DNA of 64,000 nucleotides from Macrostomum lignano. Its lineage: Eukaryota. Shown here piece by piece: positions 46,772 through 60,936 of the stretch (position 1 is the first letter of the stretch; the number at the start of each line of letters is the position of its first letter). Position numbers and translations under genes: made by a program. Under the pieces are notes generated by a model. It was not told the origin of the DNA. It did no database searches and saw only the letters and a program-made list of their open reading frames with translations. The DNA is taken from positions 44,229 to 108,228 of the forward strand of contig NIVC01002818.1 in the NCBI GenBank assembly GCA_002269645.1, read 5' to 3'.

Positions 46772-48009
46772 GCTGTTGTTGAAAAATCGCTGAGTCACTG
46801 TAGCACTCTTGCGCTCACTGCTTGATTTTACTGTGATTTCGGTTCGGGCGCCATGTTAAAGAAATAATCAAGTCTAATAAATCTGAGGGTTAGACTTTAA
46901 CAAAAAAACAGGTAAATGAGCCCTGTGGCTAAATTATTGCTTATATATTAAATTAAATCGATGTTCTCTCTCTCCAACTCTCTGACTCAACAACGCCTCA
47001 CGCACATCAACCCCACCCCAACACACTCTGAGACGGGGACCGCCAAGTGTACACTGGCGACGCTACACATAGCAGAGGGTCGGTACGCAGGCACTCCAAA
47101 TCCAATACAACTCCGAAAAGCGCTTTCCATCATAAACCCGAAAAATCACAAACCCGAAATATCATAACTCCGAAAGTTCTAGCAATGTCCAACACTATTT
47201 TGGTTTTCCGAGTTATGATATTTCGGGTTTGTGATATTTTAAGTTTATGATGGTGACCCGCTGGGAGTCTCATTGGCAAATGAATTGGACGTTTGGCCTG
47301 CATCGGGGCTGGAGCCTGAATCGGTGATCGAGTGCGTCCCGTTTGAGTCGCGGATCAGCGTCTTGAACTTGAACAAGGGCCGGCATACATGTACATGCAT
47401 GCATATGATTCAAAAATTAACAGTTCCAATTTCAAACTGGTTTTCACACTGGCGACTTTTCTTTGTTGGAAATTGGTGGAAAATTAGTAGTGGTTAGCAA
47501 CACCTCGGTTACCTTGACAGCTTCATGAAATTATTTTTCAGAAGCTGCATGCGCAAACCCTAATGTACACTTTTACCGAGAGCTTTATGAGAGCAAATTT
47601 TGGAATTTTTAGTTCAGCTGACCTCAGCGAGGACATTATACGAGCTAATTAGTGCCTTGACGCTCGACGTCTCGTAGCTCTATTGAAATTGGATTTTATC
47701 TTCATTTCTAATCGTATAACAAAGCTTTAATACAATAAATGAATTGACTACTGCATATCACTTATGAGATAGAGATGTGTCTGCGAACACTTTTCACAAA
47801 ATAGGATGCATTTTATGATCCAAAATCTATATCAAGCTCTGCGGATACAGCTTGGCTACTTTCTCACTGCTGCACCAAGTTATGATCTATAATCTGACAC
47901 ATTCACTGATACTGAGGAATTAGCAGCCACTTGATAGAATGCCAGCTAACAATATGGTATTGCAGTAAGATTTGTGGTGATTAGCAAGAATTTTCTTATA
48001 CGAGCGTAA

Positions 48010-50010
48010 AATTAGTCAATTTGCAGTTCGCCCACAGCCACTGGCTCGGTTGGCCCCTGCCGATCACAGCCTGCAGCCGGTAGTTCACTGGGCCGACTTT
48101 CTTGACGACGGTATACGGACCGGACTATCGGTTCGACAGCGGCTTGCACTGTCCGAGCTTCATTGCCAGGTGCGTGAACATCACTTGGAAGCCCCGCCAG
48201 ATTCTCGCCTGCAGATCCGCGCAGTCCTTGCGGCAGTTTGCGCTGTTCTCGCTCACCAGCAATCGACCAGCAGTCTGGGCTCCAAGCCCCGCAGTACCTT
48301 GTACGGCGATTTGCCTGTGGAGCTGTGCGCAGACCTGTTGCAAACCCACATGACATTGGGCAGCAGTGCATCCCAGCTGGTTTGATTCCGACAGCATGTT
48401 TCCAAGCGTCCTGTTGAACCTCTCGATGTTTTCGTTTGCATCGGAGTTTGCATTACTCTACTTGCAGTAGCATTTATGAATTTAGGATACTATACACTTG
48501 CTCCTCTGGCAGGTTAGGTGATCTAAAACTGCACCAGCAGAGAGAGTTTCCGGCACGATGTTCTCCTTGCCAGGCCGATCCAGCGTAAGCTCTTGGATGA
48601 GCTGCAGCCAACGTGCTAGCCCTGTCGGCTCCTTCTCGTCGAGCAGTCCGATGATCGGTGAACACCTGGATATTGCTGCTGTTGCTCAGGTACATGTAAA
48701 ACTGCTGAGGCTGCGGCTCGCGTCGAAGTCGAACCGGTCGAGTCGAACCGTCAGGCTGCACTTGGGCTAGGATAGCGCCCGCTTGAGTTGGACTGGCGTC
48801 GACGATCAGCCTGGATTGCAAGTCTTTGCTTAAGAATGCCAGCGCCTGGCTACTGACTATCGTGCGCTTGATGTCGATAAAAGCTGCTTCTTGATAGTCG
48901 CCCCACGTCCACTCTGCATCGTGCTTTGTTGGGTCTCGGAGTGGCCTGCGCTGTCGGACAGATTGCTAATGAAGCGAGCGACAAAGGTGGCGTGGTAACG
49001 AGGCCGAGGAAAGACCGGACCTTGGTAGTGTTGGTCGGTATTTTAAAGCATCTAATGGCCACCACCTTCTACGTGCTGGGATGAATTCCAGCTGCTGTGA
49101 GATGAAGTCGATTTCTTACTGCTCGAACTTGCAAGGTGATGTTGTGGTCTCGTAGCCGCTACAAAGAGTCGCGCAGTCGCTTGTTGTGCTCTTCAATCCC
49201 AGCGCCGCACGCCGGTGAGTCCGCTCAGAACTGTCGTTATCACGTGCTGTAGAATTTCGGAGACTGAAGTGTAGCCCATTAAGAGGCACCTCAGTCGCAT
49301 AAAGCCTAGTGGCGTTGAGAAGGTCAGGAGCTCCCTCGAATTTTCGGCCACCTCGATTTAGTGGAAGGCCTTGGCGACATCAAACTCCAAGAAGCATGTT
49401 GATCCATCCATCTCGTCCGTAACCTCAAATGTGGGAATTGGTTGCTTCTCGGGAATCACGCATTTTCTACTGGTTTTTTTTAAAATCCTGGGTGATGGGG
49501 ATCCGTCACTTGTCGTCCTTTGAAACAGCCACCATCCTTGAACACCATGAGGTAGGTCCTAGCACACGCTCGATGATTCCCTAAGCAAGCTGCTTTTCCA
49601 GCTCTTTTTTGATAGCGTCTCTTAGGTGCACTGGCATGCGCGACAGCGCTTGGCATGTTGGCATGGCTTCGGGGCGCAGCTTAATGGCGACGCGGACGCC
49701 TTTGACGCAACCGCTGCCGTGGAATCAATCCTCGAATTCAGTCAGGACTCTCTGCAGCTGGCGATTGTCGTTAGAGTGCTGGTAGTTTTTTGTCCGATAA
49801 GACTGGCTGTGAATACGTGAATACAGGTTTCTGGTTGGCTTCCGGACCGAACCCACTTGTAGCATGTTCCTGGGGCAGCAGTTGCAAAGCCATGGCTCGC
49901 TCTTGCGACACCAATGTATTGACTAAATTGAAAGGCCGGAGTTTTCTGGGACGAAAGGCGAGCCCTGCTACTAGATGATCTGATCGATCTTTATTGATTT
50001 GCAAAGAAGG
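48010..50010 (-). pseudogene. Decayed, internally deleted Ty3/Gypsy pol (RT, RNase H, integrase fragments)
   Basis: FDVAKAFH*IEVAENSRELLTFSTPLG (RT), KIPTNTTKVRSFLGL, VDASPTQAGAILAQ...RPV (RNase H), ANENIERFNRTLGNML and HSSTGKSPY (integrase). Many frameshifts; no LTRs found. Confidence 0.85.
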
Positions 50011-50424
50011 TGTGCATCGTTAATGAACATTGTCATGGATGTACATTTAAATGTATGTAAAATATTCTAGTGTTGGCAGTACTTGTAGATGCTTGCAGCT
50101 CCGAAAAGAACTAGTACTGAACCTTTAAAAAGCAGATATTTAACCAAACTGAAAACTTCACAAAATGGCCACTAGACTTTGACATTTGACTTTCCTGTTG
50201 TAATCCACGTCCTATACTAACCTTTCCGACAACCTTTTGCAATCAAAACAGTTTTCTGTCCAGTGAGACAAATTCCAGCTTAAACAGCTGGCGTGTCATT
50301 GGTGATTGCAGCGCTTCAAAAAACAATATAAATTCGCATAGGGCGGCCTACGCGGGGTAGAGCCACCCAGCAAAGTCTAAAACAACTGATTCTGATAATA
50401 CAACCTAAAACAGCATATATTACA

Positions 50425-51725
50425 ATGATAGTTGGTGTAATGTCGTTATTGCTTTTGTGCTACCCAGCTATAGCATGCGAGCAATGCTCTGCCGTGCATG
50501 AGCTTCTGACCAACACCTGTCCGATGAGTGCTCTGTCTGGCCTGGAGCCCGCGACCGCTGCCGTTGAGTTCGAGTGCGTGCAGCACTGCACTCTGAATAG
50601 CTGGTGCCGACTGTCTGTGTACCTGACAGACAGTGGTGCCTGCTACGGCCTGCCCAACGTGACTTTAGTGACTGGCAGCTGCGGCCTGGTGCGAATGAAA
50701 CTGGCCATCGTTTCCGGTAAGCTTTTAGCATGGCAGTTGATGCGGTCAGATTTGTCTCGCACAGGGTAAACAAGTGTGAACTATCATCATTTCACAGACG
50801 CATCAACGTCTGCAACTGCCTCTTCAATCGGATCAACTGGTTCCACGACCAGCCCGACCAGCGCAACTGGGACTCAATCTCCGGTCACTGTAGCATCGAC
50901 CACAATGGTGCAGAGTGTCTCCACAGCTGCCATTTCGTCCGGAGTGTCGAACCTGAGCTTCGCCTCAAGCGTACTGCTTTGGTACAACTTTCGAAAGGGT
51001 TTCATGAACCTGGCGAACCCGGGCCGTTTCGATGTCTCACCTTTTGGTGTTGCGGACCAGAATGCACTCAAAGGAGTTCGCCTCAACGGCTCCTCCAGTT
51101 CCTATCTTGAGGTTCATTCGACCAACTTCTTCAAAAACTTTAAATCCGGGAAAAGCTTCAGCTTCTTTTTTCAAGGGACTTTTGCCAGCAACGCGTCGTG
51201 AGTTTTCAGAAAATTCAATATTAATGTATTAGAGATTTTTAACGCGTTATTAATCATTATTAACCACACAGCGGTTGCATACATTGCAGGCTTCGATGCA
51301 TCAGTTCGTTTAGCAGCTGCTCGTACAACACCACCGTCAGCCACTTCAGCACTGACATCGCTGCCAGGATTTACTCTAAGACCTACTTTTCCGACGGCTC
51401 CGAAGAATTCGCGTCGGTGGGCGCAGAAGCAGCTCTGCCGAACAACGGTTCTGAGCAAGTCCACTCTATTGGACTGGCCTTTATTGGTGAGGACAATGAG
51501 TACCTCGACGAGTGGTACTTGAATGGATTTTTTTACGATACCGAATCACCAGATACTGACGGTGATAGCCCCGCCGCCAACTCGACCTTCGTCTGCTTGC
51601 GCATCGGCAACTGCTTCAGCGCTGGCCCTCGGCCCTACAACGGCTGGCTGCAGTGCTGGGGGTTTGTCAACAGCACTCTCAGTCTTCCCGAGTTTAACAG
51701 CCTTCGCCAATTGTGCAACTCTTAG
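50425..51725 (+). CDS. Secreted PAN + S/T linker + LamG/ConA-like protein, paralogue A2 (381 aa)
   Basis: Exons 50425-50716, 50798-51197 and 51272-51725; conserved splice sites; open frame. Confidence 0.85.
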
Positions 51726-54700
51726 ACTGCGCGATCTGAATCCACGGCGCAGCCAAAATGGCCAGGACTTTGTAAGAATTGCCAGAACCAACTAACAAAT
51801 AATAACTAGGTAGAGGCTAGGTAAAAAATGAACGAAAGTGCGGAGTAATGTGTGCTGTGTCAAGTTTTGATGCGGTATGAATGAAAAAAACTCTAAGCTT
51901 ATTAGAAGCAGTCCAAAAATGTATCCTTTACATGTAACTTTGCCGCTCTCAGTATAATCGATTTCTAAGACTGAAATAAGCAAAGTGAAAAAAGGGCCTG
52001 CAGCAGTTACTACCACACACAAAGGCTTTAATTGTTGTGCTTGTTTGATCTCTCCAATAGAGTAACTTTTCTCTAGTTGGGAACAATTTTCATCATCAAG
52101 GATGCTGAGCTTCCTATCACGGGGCTATAATTTCTGTCGATCGGTTTTGAAAAAGCTTTCCCGAGTCAAAGTATCAGAAGTCCGTTAAACACAACAGAGA
52201 CTCCAATCGGCTGTTGAATCCGACATGCACAAAACCGGAGCAGCCGAGAGAGCTGTTTTGCATACTAGATCAAAAAGCAATCTTGAACAAAGCTTCTTTT
52301 CAAAGCAAGCTGTTTTAGTAAAATTTTTTTAGTTCTGGTCACACTGACTGATTTATTTACCAGAGACAAGGTCCGCTGATGAGTTACCCAATGCAGACTT
52401 TTTATAGTTAACACCAGTCGTTTACGCTTCGCATTCTGTCGTTTTGTTATTTTTTAGTTTTTATGCGCAGCGCCATCGAAAAGTCACGCATGCCTGCTTT
52501 TTTATTCTTCGATTGGGCCAAAATTGCGTTGACAAAAGCGGAGCCCTGCATTGAGCTGACAATGGTCGATAGCCTTTTCAGCACGCACAAACGTTGTTGA
52601 TTTTTTAACCAAGCTGTTACGTGTTCCTCTTCTTCACAAACCTTTCATTCTGTTTGCTCTGCTTTAAATCTGCTTACTTTTTTCTGAATATTCGCTACGA
52701 TGCGTCCAAACAGATGTTTAATCCACTTATTTTTGTTTCTCTCAATGCGTAAGAAAATCTATTCATTTTTATCGATCTAAATGTTGCTCGTAGTCAACGT
52801 CTATACTCGTATATTGCCTTTTTTTAGACTATCACACACCTAATATAGATATAAATTATGCTTTTCTTGCCTTCAAATCGTCAGCACTAACCCTTTAAAT
52901 CTTAACCTACTGTAGTAAACCTAGTTCTGTAGCCCAGTCAATTCTGTCGGCTTCTTGAAGTCAAATTTGTAAAAACTAGATAGATACTATATTCTAAAAA
53001 CTTCTGTCTTCAATTTTTTTATACGTGACTTCAAAGTGTAGAACAAGGTTGCTGCAACTCGGACTGCTACTCAATAGAGCCTACGAGCGAAATGTTACTT
53101 CACGAGTTTCCTATACGGATGGGGAACTACGCTTGTACTGACCAATCGGCTAAAGAATCTATCCCGTTGGGTTTTTATTTCAATTCGAGGCAAGATTACG
53201 GGCGCGCTCTCTGCACTACTTCCCAACGAGCATGAGATGGAGAGTGCGAGAGTGCGAGAGGGAGAGTGCGAGATGGATATATCACAGACTATCAGAACAG
53301 CAATGCCAAGGACAACTTAAGGTGAATATGAATAGAGCTATAAGAAAGGCGCAACATATTAAAAGATGAACTCTGGGTCTGCATCCTGTACAATAACAAT
53401 TTTTGCGCTGAAAAATGAAAACTATCTATCGCTGTAGTGTATTTTTCGGCGAAAAGTTGCCTCTAAAAATTGCCATAGATTTTGAGTGTTGCTTCCCTCT
53501 ACTTAAGTTGTCCTTGAGCAATCCTCGCTGGAAAGTACGCAGTTTCAACCACAGATACTATGGTTTCAACACAGTTGCACACCGATTCCATGCCATTGCC
53601 TTCCTAATTCACTAAAGCAACCACCGATTTTAAGATCATATAGGATAAGTTGAGGCACCGGAAAAATTGACTCGTGCAGTACGGCAGATTTATTGAGTTA
53701 TTATTTTATAGACGCTAATTTTGTCTAGAGTTCGAAGGGGGCATAGCCTAATGGTCTAGCGCAGCGCTCTGATGTGCCAGATTCCAAGTGCAGTTACATT
53801 AATTTGGGCTAAATTCGGGCTTGGGTCTACTCGTGCAAATGGCGCTCTTGAGGGGACAATCAGCAATGCACGAGGAAGTGTACATGCCTAACGATAAATA
53901 TAGTTTGGGGCCGCTGTACACTCCTGTGCGTATGACTGCGTACCTATCCGCGCGCTTCTGTGCCTGCTTAAGTCGAGTTGACCGAATGGGCAGTAATGCC
54001 TCTCGCCGGTTGTGTGACAATGTCGCCAAAAATGCGCCAGAGTGTAACACAGTCCCCTTCATCTAATAAAGGGGTCTGAATTTCTATGTGCTTCATACAC
54101 AAGCGATGTTATATAGCGCTGCTGTGCGTACTTTCATTCGTCTGCTGCAATCCACTTGAATTGAAAATTTCGAATTCTCTCAACTGTGGTTGTTTTGGTA
54201 AATCAATCTTTAATCTACAATCTTATTACTGTCAGTAAGATGGCCGGTAATTGATTTTGCGGTTTTTCTATTCTGTGAGACTTTTAAAAAGAAAATGAGA
54301 ATACGGAGGTTTTTGACAGAGCATAAAAATACAAATATCGTCACACTCGCATTGTGAATGCATATGTAAGAACAAGCCAAGACGAAAATAGGCTTAAGGC
54401 GTAGACCGACTCTTGGCTGCCCAGGGCGCCAAGCACTCACTTATATATTATGATTGTACATAATAGCAAAAGTACGTACGGGCTAGTAAACTTGCGTACA
54501 TGCAATCAACTAATCAAACCATCTTACACATATATTTATTATACCCAATACTGGCCACTCAATAACTAAGACTTTATTAGCCAACAGGACAAAGGCGGAA
54601 GGCGCGGGGATGGCGAGGACGACGAAGGGCAGGCGAAGCGAGCCCGCTAGCAATTACGAGTATATTTCGATAGTATTGAAGTTTAAAAGAAACAAAAATT

Positions 54701-55397
54701 GCTGAGTAAAACAGGAGAACCAAAATCATAGGATAAAAGAAAAAGCAAGGAAAAGCAGAAGAAAAATTGCGAGGGCAAACGCGCTGATCAGACCATCGCG
54801 CACGCACATAAAAGGCCAACCGCCCCAGCACCCGGCGCACCCCCACCCCCACACGCTGGCACAAAGAACAGCCCGCGCAAGCACGCACAAAGGCACAAAG
54901 TCAGCTAAACGCGATTACAGCGCCAGTAACCCAGCACTGATATCGCCAACTTATTCACTCATTCATTAGTCATTATTAGAATGCTATATCGAATGGGAAA
55001 TTATTGACTTTAGATGCATTGTAAGAATCTCGACTGACTGAATTGCAATTCCAATTGAGATTGCGCCACAACTTTTTTTCTCCACTGTGTAGGCCTCAAT
55101 ACTGGCTGCAGTGTGCAAGGGACAGGAAAATGCTTAATGGCTGCGTGTGTACATTCTGACTGCATAGACAATTGCTATTTATACGCCCGTAGATTTCACT
55201 CAACTGTGCATTGGCTCTGGCAGCACACAACCTGTGCACACTGAGCAGCCTATCCACTGCTATGTGTTTGAATGAAGTGCTGAAGCATATATGGCTGATT
55301 TTCTCGTCCTCCAATCAACAGGCGGAATAGCCGCAGCTGTAGTCACTAGGACTAGGTTTAGGCGAGGCGTAAGGTCCCAGTTGCAAAGGTGACAAGC

Positions 55398-56074
55398 CCC
55401 AGGGCACGCAGGGTTTCCGGGGAACGAGCTGGCAGACACCCTCGCCAAGAGGGGCGGCTCTGGCTCTTTTTTCGGCCCTGCCCCCCTGGTCCCTATGCCC
55501 TTGACAGTCATCAATCGTCAGATCGACGACTGGGCTGACTCCCTCCACAGGGACAGATGGGCGGGCACCCAAAACTGCCGGCAATCTCGTGCCGCGGTTC
55601 CTTGCCCGTCTCACAGGCTCAGAAACATCCTTCTGAACCAGAATCGGAAGGATATTCGAGCCCTTATCATGACCCTTACCGGCCATGGCAACCTCGCCAG
55701 GCACTGCTTCCTCCGAGGCGACCTCGAGAGCGAAATTTGCCCCTTTTGCGAGTGCGACAATGAAGATGCTCAGCACTTTGTCTGTCACTGCCCTTTCTTT
55801 AACAGAGACCGGCTACGCTACCTCGGGCCGAACCCGTCCATTGACGAGGTTTGCCAGCCCGACAGCATCCCACGGCTCATCCAGTTCCTTCGGGCGACTA
55901 GACGAGCCAGTTTCTTCCCAACGGAAGATCACGCTGCAGGACGGACCGGCGGACCACCCTGACCGGCCCCACGCCTCTGCCTGTCTGCGGGCCTTCAGGG
56001 GCTAGCGGAATGGGCGACCCTCGCCTCCCCGCTGTGTCTACGGACCACCCTGCAGCTAAGTCAAGTAAGTAAGT
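55398..56074 (+). mobile_element. Duplicate of the 5'-truncated LINE
   Basis: Same sequence and the same 14-bp TSD (55384-55397, 56075-56088). Confidence 0.92.
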
Positions 56075-57029
56075 CAAAGGTGACAAGCTGCAAACTGCTG
56101 AGGTATTTCCTCCAGACTTATGAGCGTATAGCTGAAAACTGCTGAGGGGTAACAGCGGATTGCTTGGAGGATAATGGCAGAATTCTGAGGAGGATAACTT
56201 CATGGGTTCAACCATAAAACTCATTTGGAATTGCCAAGATATCAAAAGGTTAGTCGCTAAGTTTTTAAGCTCATTGGGGAATGGCTGAAATTATTGGGCT
56301 GAGACGCTGTGACTCGGCTGCGGGTTAAGGGTTATGGTTAGGGTTCAGTTATAGAAAAATCGTGTTAGCCATAAAGGATTCATGAGGGAATTGCTAAGAT
56401 GCTGAGGCTTAAGGCTCATGGGGGAGTTGCCAAGATTCTACGACTCACTTATGATGTTTGGGATAGGGCTTAGGGTCAGTTTTGGGGTTAGGATTCAATA
56501 TAATAACGCTCTCTCAACCATAAATTACTTAGGGGGAATTGCTGAGACGTCAATTTTCATGGGGCTTTCAAAGATGTGAAGGCTCGCGGGGGAAATTTCT
56601 GAGATTTCAATGGTGTTTGTGGGAAATTGCTAAGATTTCAAGGATCATGAGGGGAATTTCTGAGATGCCAAGGCTCATGTGGAAATTGTTGAGATATCTA
56701 GGCTCATAAGGGATTGCTGTGTTGTTGGGGGGGGGTTGGGTTGTTAGGCGATTGTTAGATAGTCAGTAGTACGTCCCAAGTAAGTTATTTAATTCAGTTA
56801 ATGAGATATTCATACGTATGTGATACTGATTTCTGCTAATAGCAAATACGAGCGTATTTATAAGAGATTTGATTTTTTTACTTTAGGCTAAGTTACTTTA
56901 TTTAGGCTAATAAAGTCCGTAATGGATTAGTGTATTGAGCTGTTCGGGCCAGAATATAACTAGGCTAATGACGATGCGCACAAAGAGTTTTTGCTTGACG
57001 GGATAGGCGTTATTTGCTGATTGAGAAAG

Positions 57030-57725
57030 TGTGACGTTGTCAGTTTAAAGTGGTCCCGCAAAAGGGCCGTTGGACTACAATTTCTCATTTAACATTCTCC
57101 AATCTTGTATGCGCATGTTTACTTGTAGTAGCGCCCAACGAATCTGTATCAATTGCTAATCATTGCGTACATTGTAATCTTTGCGTGCGTCTGTAGGGTC
57201 TTCGCGCGATCGATACTTTCTGTTTTTGCTTTTCCCCCGCCAGCCAATGGAAACTCCGCGCATATATTATGCTAACCCTCCTGGGCTCCTTTATTAACCC
57301 CGCCTGGCGGCCGCCACGGCCCGCTCCGTCTGGGCCAGACTTGTTTACGCCTTCTCTCTCTCTCCGCTTCACTCTACCACGGGCTAGCCGCTTTCGCTAG
57401 GCCCTACTACGCTACTTTCCTGTCTGCCAGTTTGCCACTAAAGGCTGCCACCACTGTCTACTCATCGCCATCGCTCTACCATTTGCGTCACCTTCATCAA
57501 TCTGCTCATCATCCTACTTTATCTATTAAATTCAAACCCATTGTTGCAGCCGCCAGCGCCCCCGCGTGCCATAGCCTCTGTACTAACTTATATTGACAAT
57601 TACAATAAACAAGCTGCGGCCCTTATTTATCTTGCCGCTGAATTGCCAAGTGCTACCGCTACAAATCTACTCCGCCATTGTTGAGTTCACCATCCTTTTA
57701 GGAACCTACAACTAAGAACGTCACA
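57030..57725 (+). mobile_element. Duplicate solo LTR
   Basis: TGTGACG...CGTCACA with AAAG TSD. Confidence 0.85.
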
Positions 57726-58755
57726 AAAGGATTTAGGGCTGATGAAGGATTGCAGGAATAAAAAGTAATTTTATGTCTAATTAAAATCAACGTTTTGGCT
57801 GATTAATTATTTAAATTACTCTCGGGCACAAATGAAAGCCCCTTAGTGTCATTTTTGCGCCCCGAAAAGGGGGTTTAATGACTAGTCGTGGTTTGGCCAA
57901 TTTTCTTCAAATTTTAATCGTTAGATGGGAAATTTTTCGGAATGAATACGCATTGAGTTGAGATTTCTCAGTGTTAAGGGATTAAATATTCGAAAAACAT
58001 GCTATTTCGCAAAGGTCAAGCAGAATGCAAGAGAAAAAAACTGACTGACTGAATTCTGACTTTGACAAAGACTGCATCACACCAGGCTTTTTATTTATCG
58101 TCTGTGCGCTGGCTGTGAATTGCATCACAGTGTTGAAAATACAGTGTGAAAGCATGACACCGGACTTCATTGAAATTGCGTAACCATATTGTAAAATTTA
58201 ATGGACACTGATACTCTGACTGAGTAATTGATTATATCCTAACTGCTTCGAGTGACTTGCTCTAACCGACTTGGTGTGGGTGTTGAAATATAAGTCCTAC
58301 AATTCATTTTATTAGACTGATGAGAGCTAGTCCGGATGTGAGCAGACTGAACTGCTAATGCAGCAACCTGAGTTTGAATCTTAGTTGTGTAAAAATTCTT
58401 TATAGAAAGATTGAGATGCCAAGGCTTAGGGGGGGGGGGAGATTGCTGAGATATCAAGGCTGGGAGGAATTGCTGAAATGTCAAGAATGACGGGGAGAAT
58501 TGCTGAGATGGCAAGGTTTACGGGGGGGGGGTTGCTGAGATGCCAAGGCTTAGAGGTCAGAAGCTACATGTAGTTTATTCAAAAAATTATTTCATTCTTT
58601 GTTGACTCCTCAAATCTTTGTCCGTGACAATTTTACTCCGAATAACGTGATTCAAAAAACTGAAGAAGGAATGCTTTTAAGAAAATATGCCTTCATCCTA
58701 AAAGATTTACATACGTAATTTTCGTCCCTTGCTTATTGGCCGCGCCGAAGGGGGG

Positions 58756-59985
58756 TGTGACGATTAGAGCAGACTCAGTCCCGGGAAAATTGTGTAGCGG
58801 TAGCACTCAGACTTAAACGCAGTCAATGTACTCGTAATTGCTAGGTTATGGCCGATGTCGGCAATTTATAACGGTCGGATTGACCCGCTCGCTATAGGTT
58901 TTTGTCGGCAATATAAGAGTGGGACTGGGCCTGGATTGACCCGCTCGCTATAGGTTTTTGTCGGCAATATAAGAGTGGGACTGGGCCTGGATTGACCCGC
59001 TCGCTATAGGTTTTTGTCGGCAATATAAGAGTGGGACTGGGCCTGGATTGACCCGCTCGCTATAGGTTTCTGTCGGCAATATAAGAGTGGGACTGGGCCT
59101 GGATTGACCCGCTCGCTATAGGTTTTTTTCGGCAATATAAGAGTGGAACTGGGCCTGGATTGACCCGCTCGCTATAGGTTTTTTTCGGCAATATAAGAGT
59201 GGGACTGGGCCTGGATTGACCCGCTCGCTATAGGTTTTTGTCGGCAATATAAGAGTGGGACTGGGCCTGGATTGACCCGCTCGCTATAGGTTTTTGTCGG
59301 CAATATAAGAGTGGGACTGGGCCTGGATTGACCCGCTCGCTATAGGTTTTTGTCGGCAATATAAGAGTGGGACTGGGCCCGGATTGACCCGCTCGCTATA
59401 GGTTTTTTTCGGCAATATAAGAGTGGGACTGGGCCTGGTTTGGTGCTGAATCCGTGCTATGGTACTCTGGGCACTGCGGCAGGCAACAAAAATGGCGATG
59501 GATAGCTAAAGGGCTACGTCGATGAAGTGGCGACAGTGAAGGCGTGGCGTGATTCCCACTCGGGACAGTGGCGTGGCTCAAGTTTGGCAGAGTGGACTTG
59601 CCCGAGCAAACTTAGCAGTGGTAGAGAGAGAGAGAGCGCGCGGGCCGGAAAACAAGAAGGAAAAGAAACTAACCCCGGGTGCCCCAGCCAGACAGGACTG
59701 ATAACGAGCGGGCTGGGGGTGGGTGCACGACAAAAGCTTAATTTCAGGCTAGCATAATATGTGCACGGCTTTCCTATTGGCCGGCGCGAAAAGCAACTTA
59801 AAAACAGAAATTAGCGATCGCATTGTACATAGGTTTTACGAATGTCACGCAATGTTGTTAAAATTCCTTGGGCATTACTATAAGCAGACGTTAGAGTACG
59901 AGACCATCAAATTAACAATATATAGAATGGCACTGCTTTCGCTAAAACGGCCCTTGTCGGGGCCACCTCAACTGACAACGTCACA
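58756..59985 (-). mobile_element. Duplicate inverted solo LTR with a 10-unit 56-bp VNTR (58879-59438)
   Basis: Perfect TGTGACG...CGTCACA termini and GGGG TSD; 1230 bp = 1454 minus 4 x 56. Confidence 0.85.
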
Positions 59986-60936
59986 GGGGGCACTATAGAT
60001 TGCTAGCATGACTAGCATGACTATTTTCTACTGAATGATGGAAAAACTGGTGCCAGTGAATTTAAAATTAATAAAAATGATGCGAAGTTACAGAAAATCA
60101 GCTGCCTGATGACAATTTTAATGGACAATGAGTCATGACTAGATAGTAATCATAGTTTGCCGTCCTTCTATTTGAGTAGTCCTTGATCAGACATATAGAA
60201 ATCTGAAAGTTTGCTAGAAATAAAAGTATTGCTGCTCGCAGCTTGCGAACCCTGTTATCGACCCGTCGACAGACATCAATGGCAAATTGGGCCCTTTTTA
60301 AACTGCGCCGTTTTATTTTGACTTGTATTGCACATTTCCATTCTTTTAGTGTCCAATACTATCCACTAACGTCGTTTCAATTTAAAAGCACACATTTGCC
60401 ATCGATGTCGCAAGACGACTTCGGAATATTTTTCGGAATGTAGTCGATCGACACTGCATGTAAGCACTGTATAGTGTACATGTACAACTTAATATTCACA
60501 CTAACGCGTTTTAAATGACATCTACACAAACTTCATTTCATTTTCAAATGCATGTAATAAATTAAACGTAAAAAAGTCTTCTAAAAATATGCCTAATGTA
60601 TTATCCAACTTGGCATCCCGTGTTTCTGTCAAGTTCGGGCCGACCCCTGTTTTGCCACTGGGCTGCCTATTCCTATTGGAACTCAGCGTTTCATCAAGAG
60701 AATGGAGAGGGTGTAGTGCGATCCTTCAGCACAGGTACAGATGCATGTAGATGTCCATAGCCTTAAAAATAGGCTATATCTACAGTGTTCTGTCCAATGA
60801 GACACTTGCCAGCTTAAACAGTCAGTGTGTCATTGATGATTGCAACAACAAAACAACAATCTATATTCGCATAAAGCGACCTACCTAAGGGTAGAGCCTC
60901 CTAGCAAATTCTAAAGCTAAAACAGCATATATTACA

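Larger units (their letters stand above)
40708..47109 (-). mobile_element. Full-length BEL/Pao LTR retrotransposon (6.4 kb), very recent insertion
   Basis: Identical 256-bp LTRs (40708-40963 and 46854-47109, TG...CA), 5-bp TSD ACTCC, PBS TGGCGCCCGAAC (46853-46842, tRNA-Lys type) and PPT AGGGGGAG next to 40964. Gag-PR-RT-RH-IN order; no env. Confidence 0.97.
40668..47259. mobile_element. ~185-bp hairpin MITE (40668-40707 + 47115-47259) split by the BEL element
   Basis: 8-bp duplication GCTGGGAG at 40660-40667 and 47260-47267. Internal ATCAC/TAAnCCGAAA subrepeats and their reverse complements form a palindrome. Confidence 0.7.

Noticed and set aside
41464-46793. Plus-strand ORFs within the BEL element
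   Set aside because: Antisense shadows of the gag-pol frame with no independent motifs.
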